Virus record (IMG/VR): IMGVR_UViG_3300037470_000364 | Location: 1-49,221 of that record | DNA length: 49,221 nt | Strand: one strand, 5' to 3' | Origin: a virus | Taxonomy: Duplodnaviria; Caudoviricetes | Shown here: in pieces, positions 25,143 through 34,833 of the stretch | How the letters are laid out: every line of letters begins with the position of its first letter | Position numbering within the stretch: the first letter of the stretch is position 1 | The notes under the pieces: generated by a model | Told to the model about the DNA's origin: nothing | Database searches by the model: none | Seen by the model: the letters and a program-made list of their open reading frames with translations, nothing else | Position numbers and translations under genes: made by a program

Positions 25143-26096
25143 TTACTCGGACGGCTCGCCGTACTCTTCGACGTCGGTGTAGTAGTTCGGCCCCCAGAAC
25201 GGGGTCGAGCTTGCTGTGAAGCGGGCATCAACTACCGAAGCCTCGTCGGACGCGCAGTACATTCCGTTGAACGCTACGCGCTCCTCCGATCCGCCGGTGA
25301 TGTCAATGGCGATGGTGTTGGTCACGCCCAACGAGTTCAGCATGAATTCGTTGTACATGATCCTTGGCCCGGAGGCCGCGATGTCAATGTCCGTGTGGTT
25401 GGCGTGGAACTTGTTGCCAATGATGTCCCAGCCGAACATGGTGCCGATACCGGCTCCCACGACGCTGATGATCGCGTCGTTGTCCGACTGGTCGAACAGC
25501 ATGAACTCATTGTCGTAGATTTTGACCCTGGCGCAACCGCCCGAGTCCTGAATCCCGTACAGCCCTGCCTGGAACCGGCAGCCCTGAATCCATGCGTGGC
25601 TCGCGTCCTTTTCGTCCGCGCCTTCCGCCGTCCGTATCAGTTGGATGCAACCAACGTTGTCGTCCTCGTCCCCGGTAAAGAGGATGTTGAGGATTCGCCA
25701 CCCCTGCTGCCTGACCTCAAGCAGCGGGACGGAGTCGGTCGGTGTCGCCGGTGCGTTCCACCGTGCGGCCCTTTGCCCGCCATACGTCTCGGACGCCGTG
25801 TTGGCGTCCGGGTGGCGCGTGACGGGGCTGGGGCCGACGATTGTGACGTCGTAGACGCCGTGCGGGGTCGTCAGTTGCTCCCTGACGTTGCCCCGCAGGT
25901 GGATCGTGTCTCCCGAGCGCACGACGTCGAACGCCTGCTCCATCGTGAGCATCGGCTTGTCCCTGGACTTGCCGTTGTTCTTGTCCGAGCCTTCGTTGCC
26001 GTCAACGAACCACTGGTCGCCCCAGTACCCGCCTTCGGCGATCTTGGGCAACACCGGCAGCCCGTAGGAGGCCAGTCCGTCTTTGTAGTTAGTCAT
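25143..26096 (-). CDS. pectin-lyase-like beta-helix virion protein
   Basis: WFVDGNEGSDKNNGKSRDKPMLTMEQA...GDTIHL, then beta-helix repeats. Confidence 0.8.
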   Translation of the reverse strand: MTNYKDGLASYGLPVLPKIAEGGYWGDQWFVDGNEGSDKNNGKSRDKPMLTMEQAFDVVRSGDTIHLRGNVREQLTTPHGVYDVTIVGPSPVTRHPDANTASETYGGQRAARWNAPATPTDSVPLLEVRQQGWRILNILFTGDEDDNVGCIQLIRTAEGADEKDASHAWIQGCRFQAGLYGIQDSGGCARVKIYDNEFMLFDQSDNDAIISVVGAGIGTMFGWDIIGNKFHANHTDIDIAASGPRIMYNEFMLNSLGVTNTIAIDITGGSEERVAFNGMYCASDEASVVDARFTASSTPFWGPNYYTDVEEYGEPSE

Positions 26097-27004
26097 TAGG
26101 GGTTTGCTCCGAACACGCCGTAGCTGTGGACCCAGAAGTGCTTGTAGAACTCGAAGATGACGGTCTTGATCCCAACGACGTCGGGGTCAGCGAGGGTCAT
26201 CTGGTCAATGCCGGGGCCGCGAAGCTCGCGGAGGCCGTGCATGGCCGGGTTCTCAGCGACGATGAAGTACGCGGTCACGTCCGTCAGATAGGACATCGCG
26301 TGGGGCTGGATGCGCTTCGCCCAGACGTTCGTGTCGAACTCTGCGCTACCGGGCTTGTACTGCCCAGCCGCGATCATCAGAGCCTCGGACTCTAGGTCCG
26401 TCGGAACGACCAGCTTGACGTTGCCACGGAACCTCCGAGCGAAGTTCCTGGGGTCCTTGACCGCCCGCAGCTCCGAGAGCATCGCCCAGACCGCATCGAC
26501 GTCCATAGCGACGTCCGTGGTCGGACGAGACTTGTACGTCGGGTTGCCGGAACCGGCCCCCACCGTGGTCGAGAACAGTTCGTCCCCGTCCGGGCCTTCG
26601 CCGTTGTCGGTGAAGCCCTCGTTGAAGATTCCAGCCATCTGGATTTGCTTCGTCTCAAGCAGGGCGTCCCGTGCGAGCATGGCGTTCTCACCGATCGCAC
26701 CGTAGAGGTCGAAGTTCTTGGCCTCGATGGAGACCTTGTAGCCCTTCGTCCACTTGGGGATGGTGATGTTCTGCGTATAGACCTGCTTGCGCGTGTCATA
26801 CGTCACGTTGTCGTTCTCGTCCGTCTGCTCACCGGCACCGAACCCGGTGACCGACTTGACCTGGACGATCTGCTGTCCGTCGTTCCCCATCACGGAGAAC
26901 AGCGGGCCTCCCTCGTCCACGAAGTCGGGCGGGGTGGTCTTGATGACCTCCTGCGTCCCCTTCTGGACCAAGTTCAGCGTCTCTGTGGTAATAGTCTGTG
27001 CCAT
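26096..27004 (-). CDS. major capsid protein (Mu gpT-like family)
   Basis: 302 aa; FNEGF...GPDGDELFST, LVVPTDLE, YLTDVTAYF; located after scaffold and decoration genes. Confidence 0.85.
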   Translation of the reverse strand: MAQTITTETLNLVQKGTQEVIKTTPPDFVDEGGPLFSVMGNDGQQIVQVKSVTGFGAGEQTDENDNVTYDTRKQVYTQNITIPKWTKGYKVSIEAKNFDLYGAIGENAMLARDALLETKQIQMAGIFNEGFTDNGEGPDGDELFSTTVGAGSGNPTYKSRPTTDVAMDVDAVWAMLSELRAVKDPRNFARRFRGNVKLVVPTDLESEALMIAAGQYKPGSAEFDTNVWAKRIQPHAMSYLTDVTAYFIVAENPAMHGLRELRGPGIDQMTLADPDVVGIKTVIFEFYKHFWVHSYGVFGANP

Positions 27005-27522
27005 TAGCTGTTATCGAACAGTTCCAGTGCGATGATCTTGCCCCGCAGTGGGTTGTACTGTCCTCCGACAGTCATGGTCTTGCCGTCGTAGCTCTTCACA
27101 ACCTTCAGGATGTGGACGACGGGGTTAGAAGTCGTGTCGAAGTCCCAGACCCAACCGAAGTCGGCGTCGTTCTTCAACGTGGTCTGTGTGTCAACGTCCG
27201 TGTAGGCCGTTGCCGCAGTACCGGCGGTCGCTGAATACTTCGGTAGGTCGATGCGAGTGTCTACCGTCCACACTTCGACTTTGACGAGTGCGGCTGTGAC
27301 GCCCGAGGCGGCTTCGATGGCCTGTCCGACGATGCGGTCTCCCGTGGAAGCAAGGTTGCTCCCGGAGGCCGCTGCTATCGCAACCCGCCCGTCAGACGTA
27401 ATGGCGAGGATGTCGCCTGCCACGAAGGTCTGCGATGCAGCTTCGGGGAAGTCTTGGACGTAGGTGCGACCGCTCGTTCGGATGGCCTGTTTTGTCAGGT
27501 CTGAACTAGCCAGGTTTCCCAT
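27004..27522 (-). CDS. capsid decoration / cement protein
   Basis: EAASQTFVAGDILAI...IVGQAIEA pattern, directly before the capsid gene. Confidence 0.7.
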   Translation of the reverse strand: MGNLASSDLTKQAIRTSGRTYVQDFPEAASQTFVAGDILAITSDGRVAIAAASGSNLASTGDRIVGQAIEAASGVTAALVKVEVWTVDTRIDLPKYSATAGTAATAYTDVDTQTTLKNDADFGWVWDFDTTSNPVVHILKVVKSYDGKTMTVGGQYNPLRGKIIALELFDNS

Positions 27523-27573
27523 TCTTTGTTTGTCTCTCTCTCCTACTTAGGCCATCGGGCTTTCAGTAGAAAC

Positions 27574-27939
27574 TTATCCTTCTCCGCCGTACTCTGTAGT
27601 CACAGACACGGTTTCGATGTCAGGCCCCTCAACGACCTGTTTTGCGCCGCTCCTTGCGTTCGCCCTATGAAGGTCGAGGCCGACCTGCTTCCTTGCGCGG
27701 TAGTTGTCCCACGACTCGCCCATCAGCACCTTGTCCGGGTGCGGCAGTTGTTTGAGTTCATCGAACCCCTCGCCCTTGAAGTAGTCGTACTGGGTCGTGT
27801 ACCCGTTGTGCATCTTGTGCGACCTGCTCACGATGACGAGGTGCAAGTCGGGGTAGTCGGCCTGGAAGTCGAGCGAGCGGTTCCTGCGGAGCCCGCTGAC
27901 CGCTTCGGTCGTTCCCGTGGTCTTCGTCTTGCCTGCCAT
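27574..27939 (-). CDS. hypothetical head-module protein
   Basis: Start MAGKTK in a TAATG overlap. Confidence 0.6.
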   Translation of the reverse strand: MAGKTKTTGTTEAVSGLRRNRSLDFQADYPDLHLVIVSRSHKMHNGYTTQYDYFKGEGFDELKQLPHPDKVLMGESWDNYRARKQVGLDLHRANARSGAKQVVEGPDIETVSVTTEYGGEG

Positions 27940-28481
27940 TAGAACGTCGCCTCCACGATCTTCATCACCTCTTCGCCGGTCTTCTTCACGCCCGCCTTGT
28001 CGAGCAGCCGCGAAAGGTCCTCGCCCTGCTTGTCGAGCGAGACGGGGTTGCCGGTCGTGACTTCCTCTTGGATGGGCTCGCCCTTGTCGTTGACCTTGGT
28101 GGCGTCCTGCGCTTGTTTGGTCTGCCACCTCGCGGCGTCCTGTACCATCTTGCGCGTGAGTTCGTGCTGTCCAGCCCGGAAGAGCCCGTCGGGGTTCTTC
28201 TCGTACTCGTCTTTGAGCATCGCCTTCGCGGTGTCGTGGTACTCGGGCTCTAGGCCGTCCAAATAAACGCCCATAGCGGACTGCTTGACCATCGGGAGGA
28301 TGTAGTCGGCGATGCGCTGGTTCACGATCTCCTCTACTTCCTTCTTGGTCCTACCGCTCTCCTCTCCGGTGATGCGGCGGACGTCCTTGATCCAGTCGGG
28401 CTCGTCTTCAGCCTTGTTCTGTCCGATTTGTTCTCCGAGGCTTTTTGCTATCGCCTCGATTTGTTCTGGTGTCAGTTCCAT
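27939..28481 (-). CDS. putative scaffolding protein
   Basis: Acidic helical protein between portal and capsid. Confidence 0.6.
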   Translation of the reverse strand: MELTPEQIEAIAKSLGEQIGQNKAEDEPDWIKDVRRITGEESGRTKKEVEEIVNQRIADYILPMVKQSAMGVYLDGLEPEYHDTAKAMLKDEYEKNPDGLFRAGQHELTRKMVQDAARWQTKQAQDATKVNDKGEPIQEEVTTGNPVSLDKQGEDLSRLLDKAGVKKTGEEVMKIVEATF

Positions 28482-28743
28482 ATTTACTGTTGTCCTCTGT
28501 CATTGCTGCGAGCTTGTTGGTCACGAACGTCCTCAGGTCTCCTTCGAGAATGAGGTTCATGAGCCGGTTCTCGCCTTGTAAAAACCGTAGGTCTTCGGCG
28601 GAAATCTTCCCGACTTCCATAGCCCTTCTGTTCTTGTCCCTGGCCTCCCTAAGCACCCGGCACAGGCCGAGCCATGCCTGGTTGCTGTCCAGCAGCTCCC
28701 AGTCCTGTGAGTAGGGCGTTACCGATTTCTGCGTCTTGCTCAA
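28408..28743 (-). CDS. small post-portal protein
   Basis: TTG after GGAGGG; DWELLDSNQAWLGL...FLQGE helical pattern. Confidence 0.6.
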   Translation of the reverse strand: MSKTQKSVTPYSQDWELLDSNQAWLGLCRVLREARDKNRRAMEVGKISAEDLRFLQGENRLMNLILEGDLRTFVTNKLAAMTEDNSKYGTDTRTNRGDSKKPRRTNRTEQG

Positions 28744-30505
28744 GCTGTTGTCCCTCCTGAATCACTTGTTGCTGCTGTTGCGCCGTCTCGACGGCCTTGG
28801 AAAGAAGCGTGGGGTCAATGCCGGTAGCTTTAGAAAGCTCGTCCATGATCGCTTCAGGAGTACCGGCGAAGAGCTTGTCCGCACCGCTCAGTCCCAACCT
28901 CTCCGCGATCCAGAGCATCTTCTTGGTAAGCTCCGTCTTCGACAGCGGGTAGCCCATCTGTAACGCTTCGTTGAGCATCTGGACGATCTGAAGCTGGTTG
29001 GAAGGGGTCGCTCCCACCGAACTAGTGTTGGACTCCCACATCGTCGGGGTCGTGAGGAACTTTACGTCCTGCTCCGTCACCCCGAGGAACACGCTCATCT
29101 TCGTGTACCAGGACGCCTTGTGGACGTCCAAATACTCGTGGACCATCTCCCAGAGGGATACCAGCCCGACCGAGAACGTTCCCAGGTAATCGTCCACGCC
29201 CGCCTGCTGTCCGGCGCGGATGATCGTAGCTTCCGTAGCCGTGTCCACCTTGGACTCTCCGGCTGTACCGGCCTGGGAGATTCTGGCGATCTGGTCGGAG
29301 TACCGGAGGCACCCGTCAATCGCGGTCGGGACGTAACCCAGGTCGGCCTTGGGGTTGATGACGTTGAACTCTGACCCGAACTCGCCTTCGAGGACAGTGC
29401 CTGGGCCGTACTTGGAATACTGCTCTCCCAATCCCGAAGACGTCGTGAACACGGCTCCGTAGATGTTGAACTGGATGCCGTCCTCCAAAGAACGCTGAAG
29501 GTTCATGGCGGAAATCTGTTCGCCCTGGAGGTCGTTCGCCACCGAAGACTTCGACCAGAACTCCCCGACCATGTTCTTGTAGCGGAAGACGTGGTACTCC
29601 GGACGGGAGTATTTCAGCCTGTCCAGCCGGAGCCACACGCCGTCTTTCTTGGCGAGCACCCCGTTCCACCACACTTCGTCCCCCGCCTGGTCGAAGTCCC
29701 TGAACGTGACGTCCCACAGTTCGATGCGGTCGTTCTCGTTGTTGCCTGCGGAGTCGCCGAAGATGTGACCGATTACTGAGGGCTGGTTCTCTGCCCTTGC
29801 CGAACCTTCGTCCGACACGTCTGAAATCTTCTTGGTGCTCGCAAAGACGCCTTTCCTTTGTGCGTCCTCTACCTGCGCCCGTCTGAGCCAATACCTGTCA
29901 GCCACCGTCTTGGCGTCCCAGATGTCATAAACGGTCGAAGGGAACACCGAGAGGTTGTGCGCCTCGACTACTTTCAAGACCGGGCCGGGAGTGGGGTCTA
30001 TCTTCGACCCCGAGTCCGACCACTTGGACTTGATGATGCCCGTGTTGTACAGCCCTGCCTCGACGGACGCGGCGGAGATGAAGTCCCTCACCCTCGCCTT
30101 CTTGACGAAGAACCCGACCATCTTTTCGAGGTTGATCTGAAGCTCGTCCCCGGCCTCAACGATAGCCGACGCATCGACCACAGAGGCGACACAGTACGGC
30201 TCTTGTGAGGTCAGCGTCCTGGCGACGTTCGTTCCTAAAGCGTCTACTTTGACCTGGATGATGTTCTTGTGCGCCCTAGACGCTCCAGGGAAGGCTTCGT
30301 TCGTGGGGTCGGGCGGTTGGTCGAGGTAGAACTGCAAAAGCCGGTCGTACTTCTTGAGCCGCGTCTTGCGCTGCCTCTCACCGGAATCTATTTCTTGGCG
30401 TATCTGGGTCGCCAAAAGCGTGAGCCCTTCCGCGCCCTTGGCCCTCTTGGGCACAGAGGCGATGGGCTTTCCTTTTCCTATCGGATATGATCCTACGTCT
30501 GGCAA
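28649..30505 (-). CDS. portal protein (podovirus type)
   Basis: 618 aa after TerL; GIIKSKW, DTATEA motif, Gln-rich tail. Confidence 0.85.
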   Translation of the reverse strand: MPDVGSYPIGKGKPIASVPKRAKGAEGLTLLATQIRQEIDSGERQRKTRLKKYDRLLQFYLDQPPDPTNEAFPGASRAHKNIIQVKVDALGTNVARTLTSQEPYCVASVVDASAIVEAGDELQINLEKMVGFFVKKARVRDFISAASVEAGLYNTGIIKSKWSDSGSKIDPTPGPVLKVVEAHNLSVFPSTVYDIWDAKTVADRYWLRRAQVEDAQRKGVFASTKKISDVSDEGSARAENQPSVIGHIFGDSAGNNENDRIELWDVTFRDFDQAGDEVWWNGVLAKKDGVWLRLDRLKYSRPEYHVFRYKNMVGEFWSKSSVANDLQGEQISAMNLQRSLEDGIQFNIYGAVFTTSSGLGEQYSKYGPGTVLEGEFGSEFNVINPKADLGYVPTAIDGCLRYSDQIARISQAGTAGESKVDTATEATIIRAGQQAGVDDYLGTFSVGLVSLWEMVHEYLDVHKASWYTKMSVFLGVTEQDVKFLTTPTMWESNTSSVGATPSNQLQIVQMLNEALQMGYPLSKTELTKKMLWIAERLGLSGADKLFAGTPEAIMDELSKATGIDPTLLSKAVETAQQQQQVIQEGQQLEQDAEIGNALLTGLGAAGQQPGMARPVPGA

Positions 30506-30506
30506 G

Positions 30507-31199
30507 TCAGTACACCGCTACCACGGACTCTTGGGGGACGATCACGAGCCCGTCGCCGAGCCAGCTTGCGCCGGGGCCTGTCAGGAACCCGTCGTAGAAG
30601 AGGGCCGTCTTGCCGACCTCGATTGCCGCATACTCCCCCTTTCCTGCGCTCTCCCCTAAACAAACGATCTCTGCGTCGCACTCGCGCTCTTGCGCGTGCC
30701 TCAGAAGCTCGATCATCCCCTGTTCTTGAGTCCTCACCTTGAGCATCACGTTCGTCCCTGCGGGGACGATCTCTTTTCCGTCAATGAAAGCCACTATAGA
30801 TTCACACCAGTCCGTCTTGAACGGAGGGACGAGGGGGTCGCCGTATGCGTCACCAAGTATCGCGCCGCCCGCCCATCCGTAAAACCTCACCTCTTTTGCC
30901 TTGTAATTCCCTGAGTCGAAGTCCTCGACCTGTTTGCCCGTCCCGTACTTCACCAGGACAGGCTGACCGTCCTTCAGCGGTAAATCCTTGTGAAAACCGA
31001 CGATCCAGCCCGCGTCGGGACGATATTTCTGCTGCACATCGTCTGGAAGGTAGAGCGAGCCGAACTTCTCCTCCTTGTCGCACATCTCGACCGCGAAACA
31101 GTCCGGAAGGAACGCCATCTCTGCGTTCCTGGGGTTCCAGCCGATCTCCTTGAAGTAGACCTTCGACTGTTCCCTAAGGAAAGTTGGCGTTCTTGGCAA
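30507..31199 (-). CDS. co-chaperonin with two tandem GroES-like domains
   Basis: EEKFGSLYLPD...GWIVG...LKDGQPVLVKYGTG and IVPAGTNVML...AEIVCLG...IEVGKTALF...IVPQESVVAV. Confidence 0.7.
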   Translation of the reverse strand: MPRTPTFLREQSKVYFKEIGWNPRNAEMAFLPDCFAVEMCDKEEKFGSLYLPDDVQQKYRPDAGWIVGFHKDLPLKDGQPVLVKYGTGKQVEDFDSGNYKAKEVRFYGWAGGAILGDAYGDPLVPPFKTDWCESIVAFIDGKEIVPAGTNVMLKVRTQEQGMIELLRHAQERECDAEIVCLGESAGKGEYAAIEVGKTALFYDGFLTGPGASWLGDGLVIVPQESVVAVY

Positions 31200-31401
31200 T
31201 CTGCCTGCACACCTCCGCTATCGCATCGGGGGAGTTTTGCCTTGCGGCCTCCTTTAGTGCCTCGGCGCAGTTCCGGAAGGCCAAAATAGCCCCGGTCTCC
31301 ACCGCTTGTTCCAAGTGGGCGACGTCCTCTTCCTTCGCCGCCAGGTAACCGTCGTTGTACGCGGCGTCATACCGCTCTTGTCGCTTCTTTTTCCACCACA
31401 T
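31174..31401 (-). CDS. hypothetical protein
   Basis: Fills the TerL-GroES gap. Confidence 0.55.
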   Translation of the reverse strand: MWWKKKRQERYDAAYNDGYLAAKEEDVAHLEQAVETGAILAFRNCAEALKEAARQNSPDAIAEVCRQIAKNANFP

Positions 31402-31402
31402 C

Positions 31403-32881
31403 TCATACTCTCACCGTCATTGCAGCCCTTTTAGGGACTGTAAACCTGTTCGTGGACTTCGTTTCGAGCTTTTTGCCAGGGAACAGGGATGCAACGACCG
31501 GCCTCAACGAGTCCATTCTATGCATCTTCTCCTTGTTCTGGATCTTGGTCTCGTCTACGTCGTGGTCTTCGTCCACCTTGTAGGAGTATTCGAGTATCTC
31601 CTTGATCGGGCCGATAAGGTCGTTGAAGAAAGCAACTAGTCCGGCCTTGATTGCGCCGTAGGTACACTCGATCTGCGTAACGACGTCGTTCTCGAACCGT
31701 GGAGGCCGGACTTTTATCCCTCTCCGGTGGTATTGGACCCTTTGCGCGTCCTCGTTCTTCGCCCCGCCGTACACAGCTACAGGTTCGCGGTACTTGCGGG
31801 AAGCCATGCACTGCATGGACTTCAGCTTGATCGCCTCGGCGTGTTGGTCAAACGTCCTTCGCCCGTCACCGACCTCAGCCGGTAGGTACGAAGCGTAACA
31901 AAACAGCTTCTTGTCCTTCGGGTCTTCCGCGAACATCAGTACGCAGGTGTGTACCGGCCCGAAGTCCATTCCCCAAAACAACCGCCAGTCGTCAGGAATG
32001 AGAAAACGGTCTACCGTGTGCTTTGCGACCTTATCAACGTCGCCCTCGAAGCAGTCGTATATCGCGCCTGGAGGACGGGTGAACTCTCCCCCGTACCACA
32101 TGAGGAACTTCCAACCGGGAAGACGCTTCCTCGCAGCCCTCACGGTCTGCATGATCGCCCTGTTCCCCTTCTTCCAGAGGATCAGCCCGAGGTCCGAGGT
32201 CTTGAAGTTCACGAGCCCGATCTCTGTGTCGCCCGCTTTCCCCCTCTCGTAAAGCTCTCTGAGCCATCCGGTAGACACATAAGCGGTGGTCGTAATGAGC
32301 ATCCGCCCGCCGGAGATGATAAGTCTTGAAACGATCTCCTCGTAGGAGTCGCGCTTGAACTGCACCTGTCCCGCTTCATCTAACCATGCCGCCTTTGCGG
32401 TCATCGCCGCCAGGGACTCAGGGTTGGCCGCGTAACCGAAGTGGACGGTGAGTTCCGTCACGAAACCGAGCAGGTCCCTGGAGCCGAACGGCAATAGGTG
32501 GTACTTGTTCTTGGCCTTGTCGTACCGACCGTAAACGCCGTCGTCTGGAAACAGTTTCAGGAACTCAGGCAACGCTTTGTTCGCAAGGATCGAAAGCGTC
32601 GGCCCTGCGACTATGTAGTCGTTGGGCGGCTCGTCGGGGCCTGGGTCGCAGACCGCCGTTCTCTGAATCTCCCTTCGGAGCCAATGTGGGCCGCTGAGGG
32701 TCTTTCCGCTCTGTCTTCCGGCAAGGACAAGGATGATCTTCGTCCCTGTCCACCACAGCCTTACTTGACCAGGATGGAACCAGTCTGGACAAACCTCCGC
32801 GTCCACCTTCGGGTCGCGCTTCTCCCTCCCCTCTGACTTTTCTATCTCCCTCTGAAAAGCCTTCCTTACGTCTTCAGCCAA
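31403..32881 (-). CDS. terL: terminase large subunit
   Basis: AGRQSGKT Walker A, WLDEAG Walker B, ITTT, GMDFG and HRMDSLR nuclease motifs. Confidence 0.93.
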   Translation of the reverse strand: MAEDVRKAFQREIEKSEGREKRDPKVDAEVCPDWFHPGQVRLWWTGTKIILVLAGRQSGKTLSGPHWLRREIQRTAVCDPGPDEPPNDYIVAGPTLSILANKALPEFLKLFPDDGVYGRYDKAKNKYHLLPFGSRDLLGFVTELTVHFGYAANPESLAAMTAKAAWLDEAGQVQFKRDSYEEIVSRLIISGGRMLITTTAYVSTGWLRELYERGKAGDTEIGLVNFKTSDLGLILWKKGNRAIMQTVRAARKRLPGWKFLMWYGGEFTRPPGAIYDCFEGDVDKVAKHTVDRFLIPDDWRLFWGMDFGPVHTCVLMFAEDPKDKKLFCYASYLPAEVGDGRRTFDQHAEAIKLKSMQCMASRKYREPVAVYGGAKNEDAQRVQYHRRGIKVRPPRFENDVVTQIECTYGAIKAGLVAFFNDLIGPIKEILEYSYKVDEDHDVDETKIQNKEKMHRMDSLRPVVASLFPGKKLETKSTNRFTVPKRAAMTVRV

Positions 32882-32882
32882 A

Positions 32883-33692
32883 TCATCCTACCCTGACCCA
32901 CCAATAAATCTTCCTGCCCGCCGTGACCGTGGGGGCGAAAGTCGTGAGTGTCAGTTGCGCCGTCCCTGGCACGACCGTCACCCCGCTACCGACCGTGGGG
33001 GCGAACGTGGTCAGTACCAGCGATGCCGTGCCCGGTATGGCGAGCTGGTTCTGCGTGGCCGATACGCTCGGTGCGAACGTCGTCAACGTGAGCGCGAGCG
33101 TCCCCGGTACGGCCCTCACACCGATCCCCACAGTAGGGGCGAACGCAGTAAGCGTAAGAACCGCCGTCCCAGGCGTAACTACTTTGTGGTCGCTGGCGGT
33201 TACTGTGGGCGCGAACGCCGTGAGCGTCAGGCTCGCAACGCCTGGAACTGCCTTCTTGTTGTCGGAGACCGATACGGTCGGCGCGAAGGTGGTGAGCGTG
33301 AGGCTCGCTGTCCCAGGTGTGGCTTCGACGGAACTGGCAGTTACTTCGACCGTCTGCGTGGACGACAGTACCGTGTACGACCCGCCAGAGGTCGGCGCAC
33401 CGACGATCCTCACCGTGTAGGAACCAACGTCGGCGCAGTCCACGGTAAGCGCGTTCTGCGTCTGCGAGTTCGTGTTTACAAGCGGGTTGGTGCCCGAAGT
33501 GTCCAGCCCCGTCCCGGTGCCGATGGTGACGAACCCGCCGCCAGAATCAACTTCCCACTTGAAGTCGTACCGCTGTACTCCCCCACCGCCCGTAAAGCCG
33601 GGAGTCCCGCTAAAGGCGAACGTCTGCCCCTGGCCTATTGACAGGGGGGACGAAGGGTCGTCCAGCGCGATGCTGGTGAGTACCTTTGCCAT
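32883..33692 (-). CDS. putative virion protein with Ig-like N-terminus and six PGTAxLTLTTFAPTV repeats
   Basis: Six 22-24 aa tandem repeats visible in the translation. Confidence 0.7.
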   Translation of the reverse strand: MAKVLTSIALDDPSSPLSIGQGQTFAFSGTPGFTGGGGVQRYDFKWEVDSGGGFVTIGTGTGLDTSGTNPLVNTNSQTQNALTVDCADVGSYTVRIVGAPTSGGSYTVLSSTQTVEVTASSVEATPGTASLTLTTFAPTVSVSDNKKAVPGVASLTLTAFAPTVTASDHKVVTPGTAVLTLTAFAPTVGIGVRAVPGTLALTLTTFAPSVSATQNQLAIPGTASLVLTTFAPTVGSGVTVVPGTAQLTLTTFAPTVTAGRKIYWWVRVG

Positions 33693-33693
33693 G

Positions 33694-34128
33694 CTACGGC
33701 GACGACAGGGCGAATATCCCTGAAGGGTTGAACGAGACCGTGAGGGTGTTGCTGTCCGTAGCCGTCATATCGGCTGGGGTGTCATCGAGCAGACAGTAAC
33801 AAAGCACGTTCCCGCCCGACTTGTAAACGACCGCGAACCTCGCCGTGACATCGCCGCCCGACGCAGTCCACACGGCGTCGAGCGCGTCGTCCACCGTTAC
33901 TGTGGTAGTCCCAGAAAGGTCCAGCGTACCGAGCGAGATACCGCCCGTCGTGTACCCGTTGGCGTTGGCGTGCTCGTTCGTCAGACCTGCGTAGGTAGTA
34001 GACCCGCTACCGATGTTCGACGTGCTCAAAAAGAGCGCCATCAAGAACGTGTCGGTGTCGAGGTCGAAGTCTCCGTTCAGGAGCGACGTGCGCCCCGCGT
34101 CAGTAAAGGACCATGTTGATGCTGCCAT
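33694..34128 (-). CDS. conserved phage structural-type protein
   Basis: LLNGDFDLDTDTFLMALF...NGYTTGG...WTASGG..TARFAVVY...GIFAL family pattern. Confidence 0.7.
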   Translation of the reverse strand: MAASTWSFTDAGRTSLLNGDFDLDTDTFLMALFLSTSNIGSGSTTYAGLTNEHANANGYTTGGISLGTLDLSGTTTVTVDDALDAVWTASGGDVTARFAVVYKSGGNVLCYCLLDDTPADMTATDSNTLTVSFNPSGIFALSSP

Positions 34129-34131
34129 GTT

Positions 34132-34374
34132 CTATATCTCCGAAAAGTCCTTGAATCCCATGAGTTGCCAGTTCCCGTACCCTAGCTCGGTGTCCGGGTC
34201 TGCGCCCGTGTTCGTGTACACCGAACCGATGGGAAGCTCCGAGCCTGCGGGGCCTTGGCCTTCGACCGCCTCAAGCCGTGAGTGGAGCGTCTCGAAATCA
34301 ACCCCGTCGGGCAACACGAGGGCCTGCGGCTCCATGTTTACGGGGGGGCCTGCCGAGACGTACCGTTCTGCCAT
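34132..34374 (-). CDS. short protein with baseplate/fibre-like PIGSVY motif
   Basis: LPIGSVYTNTGADPDTELGYGNWQ. Confidence 0.6.
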   Translation of the reverse strand: MAERYVSAGPPVNMEPQALVLPDGVDFETLHSRLEAVEGQGPAGSELPIGSVYTNTGADPDTELGYGNWQLMGFKDFSEI

Positions 34375-34382
34375 GTCTGAAT

Positions 34383-34405
34383 AAAAAACCCCCTGGACAG
34401 GGGGC
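34383..34405 (-). terminator. intrinsic terminator
   Basis: GCCCCCTGTCCAGGGGG followed by TTTTTT. Confidence 0.65.
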
Positions 34406-34470
34406 GGCTACTTGGGGCTCAGAACCCGGAGCCTAAATCGGCCTTTGTGCCAAACCTTCTTTACCGTCCC

Positions 34471-34833
34471 CTAGGGGCTGCTGTCTATAATCTGAAGCGT
34501 GCTCCCGTCGTGTTGCAATTTGAAACGGGTTTTGTTGTCGAAGAACTCAACGGGTGCCGTGATACCGGCGTTGTGCTTGGCGATTCCGACGACCTTGAAG
34601 CCCTTGAGTCGCTCGCTGCTTGCTTGGTAGCAGAGCGTGTGCGGACCGCTTTTTCTGCCGTCGGTCACGAGAACGTCCCCCTTCCTGACCGGCTCGTATG
34701 CAACGAAGGCTTCTGGCTCAGAATGAACCACCGGTGGCTGTTCCGGCTCATCCTCCCCCTTCCCCGACAAAGGGGCGCACAGGGCTCCCAAGAGTCCGAA
34801 AGATATGGTTCTGAGGAAGTCGCGCTTTGTCAT
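34471..34833 (-). CDS. protein with Tat-like signal peptide
   Basis: MTKRDFLRTISFGLLGALCAP. Confidence 0.6.
   Translation of the reverse strand: MTKRDFLRTISFGLLGALCAPLSGKGEDEPEQPPVVHSEPEAFVAYEPVRKGDVLVTDGRKSGPHTLCYQASSERLKGFKVVGIAKHNAGITAPVEFFDNKTRFKLQHDGSTLQIIDSSP

Noticed and set aside
25113-26099. Long antisense ORFs (for example 25113-26099, 820-1668, 35698-36606, 45924-46568)
   Set aside because: Shadows of real genes expected in GC-rich DNA; no motifs or ribosome sites
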